Source: an uncultured Methanoregulaceae archaeon (GTDB lineage: Archaea; Halobacteriota; Methanomicrobia; Methanomicrobiales; Methanospirillaceae). Taken from it: a stretch of DNA of 64,000 bases. Location: contig CAWJAX010000003.1 in assembly GCA_963841015.1 (NCBI GenBank), positions 768,001 through 832,000 of the forward strand. The letters run 5' to 3'. Below are positions 44,898 to 56,752 of the stretch, in pieces (the first letter of the stretch is position 1; the number at the start of each line of letters is the position of its first letter). The notes beneath the pieces are model-generated. The model did not search any database, was not told where the DNA came from, and saw nothing but the letters and a program-made list of their open reading frames with translations. The position numbers were made by a program, and so were the translations under genes.

Positions 44898-45469
44898 GCT
44901 GTCGTGCAGGTTTTGTCTGGGGGACAAAACAGCACTTCAACCGGTATATCGAAGACTGCGGTATTTCCTGTGAACTTGTCACCCCACATATGCTCGCGGC
45001 CCCTTTTTTCCGGGGCACATTCAATTGTCTTATTATTCCTACAGGTTTTGCAAACCCTGCTTATTCAAACCTTCTTCCGGCACTCCGCGCCTCCTCATCA
45101 CGAATCAAAAAATTTGTGGAAAATGGTGGAAATCTCCTTGTCTTCGGTGCAGCTACCGATAAACCGGATGCCTATGACTGGCTCCCCTTTCCGGTTAAGT
45201 ACCGGCATGACAGCCACCCGCGCCGGATTGAGTGCAGTTCATGTTCCTATACCGGAACACTCATTGACGATTATGATCCCATGTGCATTGAGTGCGATGG
45301 CTCATTTCCATCACACGAAGGGGAGCGTATTGGAATTGCAGAATCATCAGATGTAATTATTGAAAAGATATTAGGAGAAGGGAGAATTGTCGTGACAAGT
45401 GTCCATGAGTTTCCCTCAAAGGGATTTTTAAAAAGTTTCTGCACTGCAGGAAAAGAAAGCACACTCTAG
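44894..45469 (+). CDS. Hypothetical protein, class I GATase-like fold suspected
   Basis: LIIPTGF, FVENGGNLLVFG, GRIVVTSVHE; ATGA overlap with rtcB. Confidence 0.65.
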   Translation: MSCRAGFVWGTKQHFNRYIEDCGISCELVTPHMLAAPFFRGTFNCLIIPTGFANPAYSNLLPALRASSSRIKKFVENGGNLLVFGAATDKPDAYDWLPFPVKYRHDSHPRRIECSSCSYTGTLIDDYDPMCIECDGSFPSHEGERIGIAESSDVIIEKILGEGRIVVTSVHEFPSKGFLKSFCTAGKESTL

Positions 45470-45551
45470 GAAAAATAGGTTGCGATTAAAAAGTTATTAG
45501 CTTATAGCAGGAAGTTCATGGGAAAAAACTGCGCATCTTTTTTAAAAAAAT

Positions 45552-45720
45552 GGCTCTGTAAAAAATGCCCGGTACCACGCAAAACGCTCACGGGGGTTTC
45601 ATCCCCGCTGCTGTGGCTTCCACGAATGCGATAATCTCCGAACTGGTAATACTCATCATCGTTGCTTATGCGCAGAGACGGTAAAGGGATACAGACACGG
45701 TCCCCCGCCTTAATCATACC
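45552..45720 (-). repeat. Dispersed intergenic repeat, copy B
   Basis: Reverse complement AAGGCGGGGGACCGTGTCTGT...CTGCGC...GATGATGA...TTATCGCATT...AGCCACAGCAGCGGGGATGAAACCCCCGTGAGCGTTT. Confidence 0.85.
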
Positions 45721-45851
45721 TGTGCTTTTAGTTCATTGCCTCATACGAGGAATTCTGTAGAGCTAAAAACAACTTATTCCTTATTGAAAAGATTAACTAT
45801 CCGTAAAGGGTGTTGAAGGTTTATTATATTTTACTTCATTAGTATGTAACA

Positions 45852-48525
45852 ATGGATTTAACCCATCTTAAAAAACATCAGTCATACATTATTGTCGGAT
45901 TACTTCTCCTGTTTATGGGGATTGCCCTTGTTCTCAGGATGATACCTGTATTGTTCATCAAAGATCAAGGATTTCTGTATATTTTCGACACGGATTCCTG
46001 GTATACCATGAGACAGGTTGAGGTTATGGTCAGGGATTTTCCCCGGTACAACTGGTTTGATCCGATGACTGCTTATCCCACAGGAAAGGTAATTGACTGG
46101 GGGCCGCTCTACCCATTCATTGCCGCGACTCTTTCCCTGATAACAGGTGCAACGACACGCAGTGAGATTATTAATTCAACAGGCTGGGTAGCCCCACTCA
46201 TGGCCGTGATGATGGTCCCGGTTATGTTCCAGCTGGGAAAGACGGTTTGGAACTGGAAAGCGGGACTTGTCGCTGCGGGACTTATCAGCTGTCGTTTCAA
46301 TCCAGTATTTTTCCCTTTCATCGTATGGGTGGGCTGATCATCATATCGCTGAAGTTCTTTTCAGCACGCTCTTTTTCCTGTCCTACATCTTTACCCTAAT
46401 CTATGTGAAAAGTAACCCGATCGACTTAAAACAGTGGAAAACACTTATTTTTCCGCTTTTCCTCTCAACGATTACCGGAATAATTTTTTTCCTCGCACTC
46501 CTTTCATCTCCAACAGTTGTCCTCTCACTGATTATTATTGCAGTCTACATACTGATTCAGTTTAGTCTGGATTATTTCTCGAATCAGGATTCTACCTATC
46601 TCTTTGCAGTAACTGTTGGGGTATTTTTAATTTCAATAATTCTTCTCTTCCTCTTTGGTTTCAAACAGGAAAGCTTAGCACTAACCCAATATTCCATCGG
46701 GATTGTCTATCTGTATTGCGCGCTTATTGCTGAAACAATAGTGCTTTTTATTCTCTCAGCAATCTTCCAGGGAAAAAAACTGGCATATGTTGGGAGTCTT
46801 GTTGTACTCACAGCAGCGGGATTCGTAGTAATCAAGAGTATTCCCCTGTTCCAGATACTTGTTGATCAGGTACTGGGACTAGTGTTCGGTTTCTCGGTGT
46901 ATTCTGTTGCAGTGGTTGAGACACACCCCTGGACTCTGACAGGGGCCTGGGAAAATTTTACTATCGCACTTATTCTGATGGTGGGAGGACTGCTGGTCCT
47001 GGGATACTCCGCAGTAAAGAAAAGAACCATTCAGACTGTGTTCCTGTTAGTATGGTCTGTTGCCATGCTTCTTCTTACCATCCGATTCCAGAGATTTCAG
47101 TATTATTTCACGGTCAATGTGGTTCTGCTGTCGGCGATATGTATCGCTGAACCCCTCCGTTGGAAAAAAGATTCAATAATTCGGTGCAGTTCCCCTATAA
47201 TCTCACGGTTCTATAAATCCCCTGTTCCTCCCATCAACACAGGGGGAGATAATTCCATAAATAATCCCCCAACAAAAAAAAGTAAAAAGAAGGAAACAAA
47301 ATCTCCTGTAAAAAAACCGGTAAATTACACGGGAACTTTAAAAGATCTTACTGTTGCAGCAATAGTATTTCTTACAATTGCTCTCATAACATTTTCAGTG
47401 TTTCAGGATATCCAGTATGGATTTAGTACTCCACAGCATCAGATTTCACCAGACTGGACAGAGTCGTTCTCATGGTTGGAAAATAACACACCCATGACAG
47501 GAATTGATTATTTTACATCGTATGAAGCACGTGGGTTTTCCTACCCTCCGGAATCCTATGGGATCATGGCTGTCTGGGATGCCGGTCACTGGATCACGTT
47601 CTTTGCACAACGGATTCCAATTACCAATCCATTTCAGGACAATCTAAGGGGTAGTACAGGAGCTGCCGCATATTTCCTGAGTCAAAACGAATCGGAAGCA
47701 GACACTATCCTTCAATCATTGGGGGGAAAATATGTTATCACCAATTCAGAAATGGCAGTCGACACGTTCACGAACCTGGTTCCATGGCCGAGCGATTCTG
47801 TAGATATTTCACCGTATATCAAATGGTTCATGGTCAGGGACTCAAACGATCCCTCAAGATTGCAAAAGGTTCACCGGTACGATGACGGATATTTCAAAAC
47901 GATGGTCGTCCGGCTCCATATTTTTGATGGTTCAATGCAAATCCCGAAAACAGAAACCTATGTCCAGTATGTGATCCGTCAGGTGCCAGCCTCTGGAGAG
48001 ACCTCCGGGGAGGTTAACGGTTATGCCCGGGTAATTACAAGCGAACAGGACCGGGAAATTTCACCCGTTCAAAATGATACCCGGATTATTCAAGAGGGAA
48101 CAAATATTACACCCGGTCAATACGCAAATATTTTCTCCGGTTTTCCGAACCAGACAGTATCGGAGATATCTGCACTGAAGCATTACCGGCTCATCCATGA
48201 ATCTCCGAATAACGCGTCCGTCAAAATTTTTCCGGAATCGGATACTATCATGCTATCGGACATCAAATATGTCAAAATCTTCGAATATGTCAAAGGTGCA
48301 CATATTCCTGGTAATGGAGTTATAGAGTTACCACTTGTGACAAACACCGGGCGTGTATTTGTCTACCAGCAGGAGAGTGAGAACGGGGAGTTTGTTGTCC
48401 CGTACTCAACCCAGGGAAATCCCTATGATGTGCATGCGACAGGGCAGTACAATATTGTCGGTACATCTCGATACATCACCGTTTCTGAGGATGATATTCG
48501 TATCGGAAGACAAGTAATTGGATGA
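45852..48525 (+). CDS. aglB: STT3/AglB oligosaccharyltransferase with a variant VWDAG motif; +1 indel at 46286
   Basis: DTDSWY, WFDPMT.YP.G, DHH, multiple TM helices, MAVWDAGHWI, NPFQ, YVKIFEYVKGA. Confidence 0.88.
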
Positions 48526-48680
48526 TGGGTCTTGAAACTGGATACTTATATGATTTTTTTTATGGGGAACTATGAGGATAAAGATGATAGCAGAAAAGAA
48601 AATATCCTTTTCATTTAAAATTAATTAATTCAACTAAATTGCAATTCAAATTTATAATAAGGATTATAGTATGGTAAAAT

Positions 48681-48708
48681 TTCAAACTCCCGTTTTCAAA
48701 CTCCCGTT
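48681..48708. repeat. Perfect 14-bp tandem duplication
   Basis: TTCAAACTCCCGTT twice in succession. Confidence 0.9.
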
Positions 48709-48907
48709 AGTGATAATAACCAAAATCTGATACCAATGATAAGGGTTTGGTCAGACGGTCATGGGAATGTAGAATACCAATACCCCCACAGGTAGGAGAA
48801 ATTCCAAGAGAGTGATGGCGTCAGCAAGAGGTAGTAGAAGTCATTTAGTTGACAATTCTCGTAATAACGTTATAAATGAGTTTTCAAGTTCTTAAAGAAT
48901 ATAAAAC

Positions 48908-49339
48908 TCAACAGGATCCATCAAAAATTTCTATTATCGTAGGGTAATTTGGATATTTGTCAGGGGGTTGTCCGTAATATGGATCGCTGATTACAGTAGC
49001 ATTTATTGTCGTTTTTTCATTGATATTTTGATATATAGTTTCATCACTTGTCAAACTTATAAAATACTGATTATCGGCAATATCCATCCGTATTGCATTT
49101 ACTATACGGCGATCAGGAAAATCACCGGTGATTACTTTTTTTGAAAGAATGTGGAGTTTTTCACAATGCGCTCCCATGGAAAGATTATTATTTTGTGATT
49201 CGGATGAAGGGAGTTTCTGCGGGTCCAGCGATTTGCTTGATTCACTATATGCTACAGTACCGAGGCGACCACCAATACATCCTGCCGTCATGATTATTGT
49301 TACCAAAAAAATGCTGGTTATTGCAAAAATATATTTCAT
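48908..49339 (-). CDS. Small hypothetical lipoprotein in an AT-rich patch
   Basis: MKYIFAITSIFLVTIIMTAGC lipobox; start ATG 49339. Confidence 0.6.
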   Translation of the reverse strand: MKYIFAITSIFLVTIIMTAGCIGGRLGTVAYSESSKSLDPQKLPSSESQNNNLSMGAHCEKLHILSKKVITGDFPDRRIVNAIRMDIADNQYFISLTSDETIYQNINEKTTINATVISDPYYGQPPDKYPNYPTIIEIFDGSC

Positions 49340-49510
49340 ATATCCTACTTTACAAGGAAAAAAATATAGTTTGCCATTTGATCTTCTCTCATATGACACC
49401 TCTTCGAACCCCTTATTAACACAAACATGCCAATAAGTACCCATCAACGATCACCCTTCGTTGATTCGAATAGTATACAAGAGCATACCATATGGGAGGA
49501 ATAATATTTT

Positions 49511-51472
49511 ATGATACTAGTACCAGATACGAGTGTCCTTATCGACGGACGTATTACATCGATGATAAAAGCCGGTGAATACAAAGGCGCTACAATAATC
49601 GTTCCCGAAGCAGTCATTGCAGAACTCGAAGCTCAGGCAAACAACGGGCGTGAGATAGGATTTTCCGGCCTGAACGAATTACAGCAGCTCTGCAAGATGG
49701 CAGAAGAAAAAACGATAGAACTCAAATTCTCCGGAATCCGCCCATCGCTCGAGCAGGTTAAGCTGGCAAGCGGTGGAGAGATCGATGCGATGATACGCAA
49801 CATCGCAATTGAGAATTCCGCACGGTTCATCACAAGTGATTTTGTTCAGGCTGAAGTGGCACGGGCAAAAGGACTGGACGTAATTTACTTAAAAGCTCAG
49901 GTGAGCGACTTCGTTCCCCTTGGCATTGACCAGTTCTTCGATGAACACACGATCGCAGTATATCTCAAGGAAAGAGTCTGCCCATCAGCTAAAAAGGGCA
50001 CCATTAACGATATGAAACTCGTGAAAATCCGCGAGCAGCCAACCAGCGAGTACAGACTCCGTGCCCTTGCACAGGAGATCCTCGAACGAGCGAAACGTGA
50101 TCCTGACGGGTTCATTGAAGTCGAGAAGCGGGGGATCACCGTTGTCCAGATAGGTTCCATGCGGATCGCGATTGCGCGTCGACCATTCTCAGATGGCATG
50201 GAAATCACTGCGGTTCGTCCGATCGTTGACGTAACACTGAAAGATTATGCGAAGGCAGACCTCATAACAAAAAGAATCACCAGCGAGAAGCGGGGATTAA
50301 TTATCGTTGGAGCTCCCGGTTCGGGAAAGACCACATTAGCACAGAGTGTGGCAACGTACCTTTCGGAGGGGGGTTTTGTCGTCAAGACCATGGAGGCACC
50401 CCGAGAACTCCAGGTGCCTGATCAGATTACCCAATACACCATGCTGGACGGCAGCATGTCCAACACCGCAGATGTTCTGTTACTGGTCAGGCCGGATTTT
50501 GTTATCTTTGACGAACTCCGAAAGAACGAGGATTTCAATGTCTTTGCCGATATGCGGCTTGCCGGTCTTGGCATGGTTGGTGTCATCCACGCAAACGGTG
50601 TTCAGGATGCAATCCAGCGATTTTCCGATCGTGTGGATTTTTCCGTCCTCTCACAGATCGTAAACACCATAATTTTTGTCAGGCAAGGCGTAATAACAAA
50701 CATTTACGATTTAGGTTTCACCATCAAGGTCCCCGAGGGAATGGAAAATGAAATGCACCTCCGCCCGGTAACAATCGTAACCGATCACGAAACGGGTGAA
50801 CTGGTAATCGATGTCTTCCGTTATGACGGCGAGACTATTGTGATGCCGATAGCCGCTGCGATAAATGCATCGAAAAAAGCCTCGCAGGTAATACCGGTTC
50901 ACAATGTCGGAGTTCCTGTTGCATCGGTTGTTAATCTCCGTTCACCGGTTCCCTTGCCGGATGCTACTCCCAGGAAAGAGAACGATGAGCGTCCCAATTG
51001 GAAACTCATGGAGAAAGAAATCCAGCGTGAAATCGGGCGTTACACTGAAGGCTTTGTTGATGTCCAGATGATTAGTGACACAAAAGCAATTGTCTATATT
51101 GATGACAAGGACGTGCCGGCAGCAATTGGCAAGGGCGGCAAGAATGTGTCCGCCATCGTAAACAAAATCGGTATCGGGATTGACATCAAACCCCGTTCTG
51201 AATTTGACCGGCAGCAGATGCAACCTCAGAAAAGCGATGCTGAGTTCAATCTGGGTGGCGGTATTAAGATCCAGACCGATAAAAAACAGCTCACCATCGT
51301 TGCCCCGGAACAGAGCGGTAAGATTGTGGATGTGTTTGCAGGTAAGGAATATCTTTTCACTGCCACGGTAAACGATACGGGAGAAATTCACCTCGCGAAG
51401 AACTCGAGCATAGCTCAAGAGATGATCCGGCGTTACCAGAACAGTGAGGTCATTAAACTCAGGCCGGTATAA
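49511..51472 (+). CDS. PINA-type ATPase (PIN + PilT-like ATPase + KH domains)
   Basis: VPDTSVLIDG, GAPGSGKTT, RPD...DELR, KH motif IGKGG. Confidence 0.9.
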   Translation: MILVPDTSVLIDGRITSMIKAGEYKGATIIVPEAVIAELEAQANNGREIGFSGLNELQQLCKMAEEKTIELKFSGIRPSLEQVKLASGGEIDAMIRNIAIENSARFITSDFVQAEVARAKGLDVIYLKAQVSDFVPLGIDQFFDEHTIAVYLKERVCPSAKKGTINDMKLVKIREQPTSEYRLRALAQEILERAKRDPDGFIEVEKRGITVVQIGSMRIAIARRPFSDGMEITAVRPIVDVTLKDYAKADLITKRITSEKRGLIIVGAPGSGKTTLAQSVATYLSEGGFVVKTMEAPRELQVPDQITQYTMLDGSMSNTADVLLLVRPDFVIFDELRKNEDFNVFADMRLAGLGMVGVIHANGVQDAIQRFSDRVDFSVLSQIVNTIIFVRQGVITNIYDLGFTIKVPEGMENEMHLRPVTIVTDHETGELVIDVFRYDGETIVMPIAAAINASKKASQVIPVHNVGVPVASVVNLRSPVPLPDATPRKENDERPNWKLMEKEIQREIGRYTEGFVDVQMISDTKAIVYIDDKDVPAAIGKGGKNVSAIVNKIGIGIDIKPRSEFDRQQMQPQKSDAEFNLGGGIKIQTDKKQLTIVAPEQSGKIVDVFAGKEYLFTATVNDTGEIHLAKNSSIAQEMIRRYQNSEVIKLRPV

Positions 51473-51513
51473 TTGAAAAATTTTTTTTTCTAAAAAAACG
51501 AAGGTGAGTTGGT

Positions 51514-54294
51514 TTGAGCGCATTTGATCTGGGCAAATTTGAAGAAGAAGCACATGAAAAGTGGACGCATGCATTTGAGTCTAACCCGTCGAACCTTGAG
51601 AAATGTTACCTGACTGTTGCCTACCCGTATCCAAGCGGGGCGATGCATGTCGGGCATGGCAGAACGTATATTGTCCCTGATGTAATCGCACGGTTCTGGC
51701 GGATGCGGGGCAAACAGGTTCTCTACCCCATGGCGTTTCATGTCACGGGAGCCCCGGTCATTGGCATTTCAAAACGAATCGCGAACAATGATCCCAAGAC
51801 TATTCATCTCTATCGCGATCTTTATAAAGTCCCGCAGAATGTCCTTGATGAATTCATTGATCCACTGACCATCGTCCGCCACTTCGCGAGTGAATACCAA
51901 AGAGTGATGACTGCCTGTGGGATTTCAATTGACTGGCGCCGACGGTTTACTACGGTTGATCCAACCTACAGCAAATTTATCGAGTGGCAGTGGAAGCACC
52001 TCTTCGAAGCAGGGCATGTAATCAAAGGAGCTCACCCCGTCCGCTACTGCACCGTTGATGATAATCCCGTTGGAGACCATGACCTTCTTGAGGGGGACAA
52101 AGCGGAGGTAATCAAATTTACCCTTGTTATGTTCCAACTTGGTGATGCGTTTATCCCCACAGCAACACTCCGGCCTGAAACGATTTATGGTGTAACTAAT
52201 CTCTGGGCAAATCCGAACATTACCTATGTCAGGGCAGTTGTGGATGGAATCACATGGATTATCTCACCGGAAGCAGCAGAGAAGCTCTCGTTGCAGGATC
52301 ATACGGTAGAGGTACAAGAAAAGATTTCCGGCAGGGATCTGATCGATAAAACTGTCAGCCACCCACTTTGTGGCAAGGTGCCAATTCTGCCAGCCGACTT
52401 TGTTGATCCTGACATGGCAAGTGGGCTTGTTATGAGTGTTCCCGCTCATGCACCGTTTGATTACATCGCACTCCGGGATCTCCAGCACACCGGAAAATAT
52501 ACCCAAATCAAACCTGTGCCTTTAATAAAAGTCGAAGGGTACGGTGAAATTCCCGCACAGGATGCTGTTGAGAAGGGTGGCATCACCCACCAGATGGACA
52601 GCCGTATGGATTCACTCACGCAGGAGATTTATTCTGCTGAATTCTCCAAAGGTAAGCTTTTCGACAAATATGGGGGAAAACCCGTTCGAGTGGCACGTGA
52701 TGAAATATCTGCACTCATGATCGAGAAGTACGCTTCGAAAATTATGTACGAGTTCGACACAAGGCCGGTCGTGTGTCGCTGTGGCAATAAAGTTAAAGTC
52801 AAGATCCTGCATGACCAGTGGTTCTTGAAATACAGTGACCCTGGATGGAAAACACAGGTCAGTGACCATCTTGGGGATATGGCTCTGGTCCCACCGGAGG
52901 TCCGGCTTGAGTTTGAACGCACCGTTGACTGGCTGAAGGACTGGGCATGCACAAGGCGTGTTGGTCTTGGCACCAGATTCCCTTGGGATACAACACAACT
53001 CATCGAACCTCTTTCGGATTCTACAGTTTATATGGCGTACTACACCATTGCGCATAAAATCCGTGAGATCAACCCAAAACTTCTCACACCGGAAGTCTTT
53101 GACTTCATCTACCTTGGGAAAGAATCCCCGGAATTGCCAGAGAAAAAGAAACTTGAAGCGATGAGAAAGGAGTTCCTGTACTGGTATCCATACAATTACC
53201 GGTTCTCGGCAAAAGATTTGATTTCCAACCACCTCACATTCCAGCTCTTCCACCATGTCTCGATATTCCCCAAGGATAAACTTCCGCTGGGTATGGCCGT
53301 TTTTGGTATGGGGCTCCTCAATGGTGCAAAGATGTCGTCTTCAAAAGGTAATGTCTTCCTGCTCGAAGACGCAGTAAGTGATTTTGGTGCAGACACTGTC
53401 CGCATGTTCCTGATGGGCAGTGCTGAACCCTGGCAGGACTTTGACTGGAGAAATGAACTGGTCATCTCGACAAAAAAGCAGATCGAGAGGTTCTTCAACA
53501 CGGTGCTTGAATCCAAAGACGCAGAGGGTGAACCGCATGATATCGATCGCTGGTTAATAAGCCGGTTGCAATCGCATATCAACCGCACCACCGATGCGCT
53601 CACCAACTTCCAGACCCGCCAGGCTTTGCAGGAGGCCTATTTCGGGATTGAAACTGACCTCAAATGGTACCGCCGCCGGCTCGCCAAAAACAGTGATGGA
53701 AGCAGGGAGTTACACACACTCTGTTCGGTATGGATCAGGCTCCTTGCCCCATTCATCCCGTTCACTGCTGAACATCTCTGGAAGGATCTCTCCGAGGAAG
53801 GGCTTGTATCGTTTGCTCCATGGCCGGTTGCGAATGAAAAACTGGTAAATAACAGGATCGAACTTGCTGAAGAACTCATCTCACGAACAGTTGAGGATAT
53901 CGAGTCGATAAGGAAACTTATCCAGATAACACCGAAATCGATCACAATTTCAATTGCCCCTGCATGGAAACAAGAGATTTTTCTTATAATTGCCAAATCA
54001 AACGACCGGAACACCGTGATTAAAGAAATCATGAAGGATGACGCGATGCGCAGGCGGGGGAAAGAAGCAACCGATGCTGCAAAGCAGTGTACGACTCTTA
54101 TCCACCGGTTACCCCCGTACATTGTAGAACCCCTCGTAAAGGAGTCAATCAATGAAATGGCAGTCTTTGAAGCAGCAAAGATATTCCTGGAAGAAGAGTT
54201 TGGAGTACCAGTTCACATCACAGAAGCAGAATCAAGTGAGCACGCCAAAGCTGCAACAGCTCTACCGTTCAAACCGGCGATTATTATTGAATGA
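51514..54294 (+). CDS. leuS: Leucine--tRNA ligase (archaeal type)
   Basis: [33 protein letters not shown]. Confidence 0.96.
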   Translation: MSAFDLGKFEEEAHEKWTHAFESNPSNLEKCYLTVAYPYPSGAMHVGHGRTYIVPDVIARFWRMRGKQVLYPMAFHVTGAPVIGISKRIANNDPKTIHLYRDLYKVPQNVLDEFIDPLTIVRHFASEYQRVMTACGISIDWRRRFTTVDPTYSKFIEWQWKHLFEAGHVIKGAHPVRYCTVDDNPVGDHDLLEGDKAEVIKFTLVMFQLGDAFIPTATLRPETIYGVTNLWANPNITYVRAVVDGITWIISPEAAEKLSLQDHTVEVQEKISGRDLIDKTVSHPLCGKVPILPADFVDPDMASGLVMSVPAHAPFDYIALRDLQHTGKYTQIKPVPLIKVEGYGEIPAQDAVEKGGITHQMDSRMDSLTQEIYSAEFSKGKLFDKYGGKPVRVARDEISALMIEKYASKIMYEFDTRPVVCRCGNKVKVKILHDQWFLKYSDPGWKTQVSDHLGDMALVPPEVRLEFERTVDWLKDWACTRRVGLGTRFPWDTTQLIEPLSDSTVYMAYYTIAHKIREINPKLLTPEVFDFIYLGKESPELPEKKKLEAMRKEFLYWYPYNYRFSAKDLISNHLTFQLFHHVSIFPKDKLPLGMAVFGMGLLNGAKMSSSKGNVFLLEDAVSDFGADTVRMFLMGSAEPWQDFDWRNELVISTKKQIERFFNTVLESKDAEGEPHDIDRWLISRLQSHINRTTDALTNFQTRQALQEAYFGIETDLKWYRRRLAKNSDGSRELHTLCSVWIRLLAPFIPFTAEHLWKDLSEEGLVSFAPWPVANEKLVNNRIELAEELISRTVEDIESIRKLIQITPKSITISIAPAWKQEIFLIIAKSNDRNTVIKEIMKDDAMRRRGKEATDAAKQCTTLIHRLPPYIVEPLVKESINEMAVFEAAKIFLEEEFGVPVHITEAESSEHAKAATALPFKPAIIIE

Positions 54295-54776
54295 TACTAC
54301 CCTTTTAAAGAGAGTATCATAATTTTTTTAAGCATATTTTCACGTGTGGGGGGATACTTCATTATCAGGATGATGCCTGAGATTTCCCAAAAAATTATTT
54401 TTTAATCGCATTCTGAACTTTGAAAATTACATCAGCTGACAGGACATGCATTTTATGGGCAGGTTCTGCATGATCGATAAATTTTCTCATAAGTTCGTGA
54501 TTTGTCGTTCCATGCGCTTCAAACGGACAATCAATTCCGATATCTTTGCACATAAATGAGGGCATTATTGGTATTCTCCTTTTCTTTTAGACTGGAACAG
54601 AATTGATTATCAATAAATGCAACGCGCTGGTGCATTGCACCGTCGCCTTTCAGGTTTAACAATCGGACCATGTTAGCCTGGATAACCTGATGGCCATAGC
54701 ATTCCTTATCCACAAACAAGGTATACAGTAGAATGAGACTCTTTGTAAGGGAAATGCCTCGGGCAGACAATTCCGG

Positions 54777-55110
54777 ATGAAGCTGGTATTGGCAGGATTT
54801 CTTTTGTTAATAAGAATAATCGGTTGTTTCACGGTTGCAGGTCTTGTTAATACCCGGAAAGTGCAATGGGTGGTGACCATTCATTTTCCGGGGTGATGTT
54901 TTCCCTTGATGGTTCAATGGTTTTTACAGGGGGCAGCCAGATTTTGAACCGTTCTTGGAATGGAGAGGAACATTGGGGGGTCTGTCTGGAACCCTCGCAA
55001 CCATGAGCACAGATGGATGCCGTGTCATTTCTGCAATTGACAACAGAATTCGAGGTATAGACAATAATGGCCAGGAAATATGGACCAGAAATGAGGGTGC
55101 CCTGTTTCGT
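54777..55110 (+). pseudogene. Decayed fragment of a secreted beta-propeller (PQQ/WD40-like) gene
   Basis: Signal-like MKLVLAGFLLL..., stop, then LEWRGTLGG...MSTDGCRVISAIDNRIRGIDNNGQEIW, truncated. Confidence 0.4.
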
Positions 55111-55177
55111 GCGGAATCAGACAGGGAGTTTCTTCCGGTATATCCTTCCCGCACGGTTCACAGGCCCCTGGGGAATA

Positions 55178-55495
55178 CTAGCTTTCTACCGGACTCTTTG
55201 CCCGTTTCACACGCTCCTTGGTGGAGAAACCGGTGACCGCATCCAGATATTTCCGGAACCTTTTATTGGTATCGATAATCACGTCATCACTTGCGCTGAT
55301 ATCAGATTCTGTGTCAATAATCACCGATTTACCATCAGTCCCGATAGATACATCGAGTCGTTTGAGCGCACCTGACTTAATCCGGTACCCTTTGGCAGTC
55401 TTTTCCGGCTCTTCACCGAAACAGGTCCTGAGTTCAGCAACGATCCGGGTTTCGAGATCTTTTGTCAATCCGCGTTTGATTGGATACTCCTGCAT
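55178..55495 (-). CDS. DUF5611 family protein
   Basis: MQEYPIKRG...TNKRFRKYLDAVTGFSTKER. Confidence 0.78.
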   Translation of the reverse strand: MQEYPIKRGLTKDLETRIVAELRTCFGEEPEKTAKGYRIKSGALKRLDVSIGTDGKSVIIDTESDISASDDVIIDTNKRFRKYLDAVTGFSTKERVKRAKSPVES

Positions 55496-55529
55496 ACTAT
55501 TTTTTAGGTAGTGCGTGTATGTTAATCTA

Positions 55530-56327
55530 ATGACGGAACACGCCCCTGAGTTTTATGCTGAGATGCATTCACGTCTCGATACGATTCACAATGACCTTAT
55601 CGAGATAAAACCGAAAAAAGACATCAATGTCATCTCAAAACCGCTTCCCATGAATGGTGCTTCGGTGCTGATTGGGTTTCCGGGGAGCGGGCTTGTCGGT
55701 ACTATCGCACTGCAGTATATGGTCGATCAGCTGGAGTTTGAGCAGATCGGCACCATGACCTCGAAGTTTTTCCCCCCTCTGGCGATGATGAACAAAGGAG
55801 TGATCAATGACCCGGTCAGGATCTATATTAAAAACGATATCGCGGCCATTGTCGCAGATATTCCAATTCATCCCATGATCTGCTACGAGACCTCCCGCGA
55901 CATTATCGATTGGCTCGAACCGTTCAAGCCAAAAGAAGTGGTGACAATCGCAGGTATCATCACCAACGAGCCGGAGAAGCGGGTCTTTGGCGTCGCGACG
56001 ACAACGGATGCACTCACCAGAATCCAGGAACACGCACTCATCCTCCCCATCGGAAGCATTTCGGGGATTGCATCCAGCCTGCTGACGGAATGTAAAGCCC
56101 GGGGCATTCCCGGATACGGGCTTCTCGGAGAAACCGTTAATGCGCCGGATCCGCGATCATCGGCCGCCACAATCGAGGTGCTCAACAAGATGTACAATCT
56201 CGGGCTGGATGTGAAACCGCTGATCGATCAGGCAGTAGAAATTGAACAGAGCATGGGTAAAATAGCCGAGGAAGTGCAGCAGTCTGCCGAACAATCACCG
56301 AAAAAAGATCTTATCATGTACGGGTGA
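55530..56327 (+). CDS. Proteasome assembly chaperone (PAC2/Pba family)
   Basis: GFPGSGLVG, PDPRSSA, C-terminal HbYX motif MYG. Confidence 0.88.
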   Translation: MTEHAPEFYAEMHSRLDTIHNDLIEIKPKKDINVISKPLPMNGASVLIGFPGSGLVGTIALQYMVDQLEFEQIGTMTSKFFPPLAMMNKGVINDPVRIYIKNDIAAIVADIPIHPMICYETSRDIIDWLEPFKPKEVVTIAGIITNEPEKRVFGVATTTDALTRIQEHALILPIGSISGIASSLLTECKARGIPGYGLLGETVNAPDPRSSAATIEVLNKMYNLGLDVKPLIDQAVEIEQSMGKIAEEVQQSAEQSPKKDLIMYG

Positions 56328-56333
56328 TTCAAA

Positions 56334-56732
56334 ATGAAATGTGCTGCGTTAACCGGAATCTCGCCGGAGATAATAAAGGATCTCAGGGGGGGCAAATCCC
56401 GTACGATCGAGCTTCAGAGCATGCATAATATTGTAAGCATCACGGAGGTAAAACCAGGTCCGGATTCCCACATCTTCATGACTTCAATCGATTTTGAGGA
56501 CCTGGATCCCGGCGATCAGGGAATATGTGTGATTGTGCTGGCGATATCAGTCTCGATGAAGCGGATGGTGGAATTCTCGCAGGGTCGGTATTATGAGGAA
56601 CGAGAGCGGATGTCGGCCCGGATCCAGGTGAAATATTGTGCATCATCAGTCGTCAAGCGGGTCTTTCGGGAGGGCGTTTTCGGACCAACAACCGTTGAAG
56701 TGCTAAAATCATCCTGTTACCATGCAGGTTAA
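56334..56732 (+). CDS. DUF473 family protein
   Basis: ALTGIS, RTIELQS.HN, EERE. Confidence 0.75.
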   Translation: MKCAALTGISPEIIKDLRGGKSRTIELQSMHNIVSITEVKPGPDSHIFMTSIDFEDLDPGDQGICVIVLAISVSMKRMVEFSQGRYYEERERMSARIQVKYCASSVVKRVFREGVFGPTTVEVLKSSCYHAG

Positions 56733-56752
56733 TAAAAGAATTACCATTTTTT

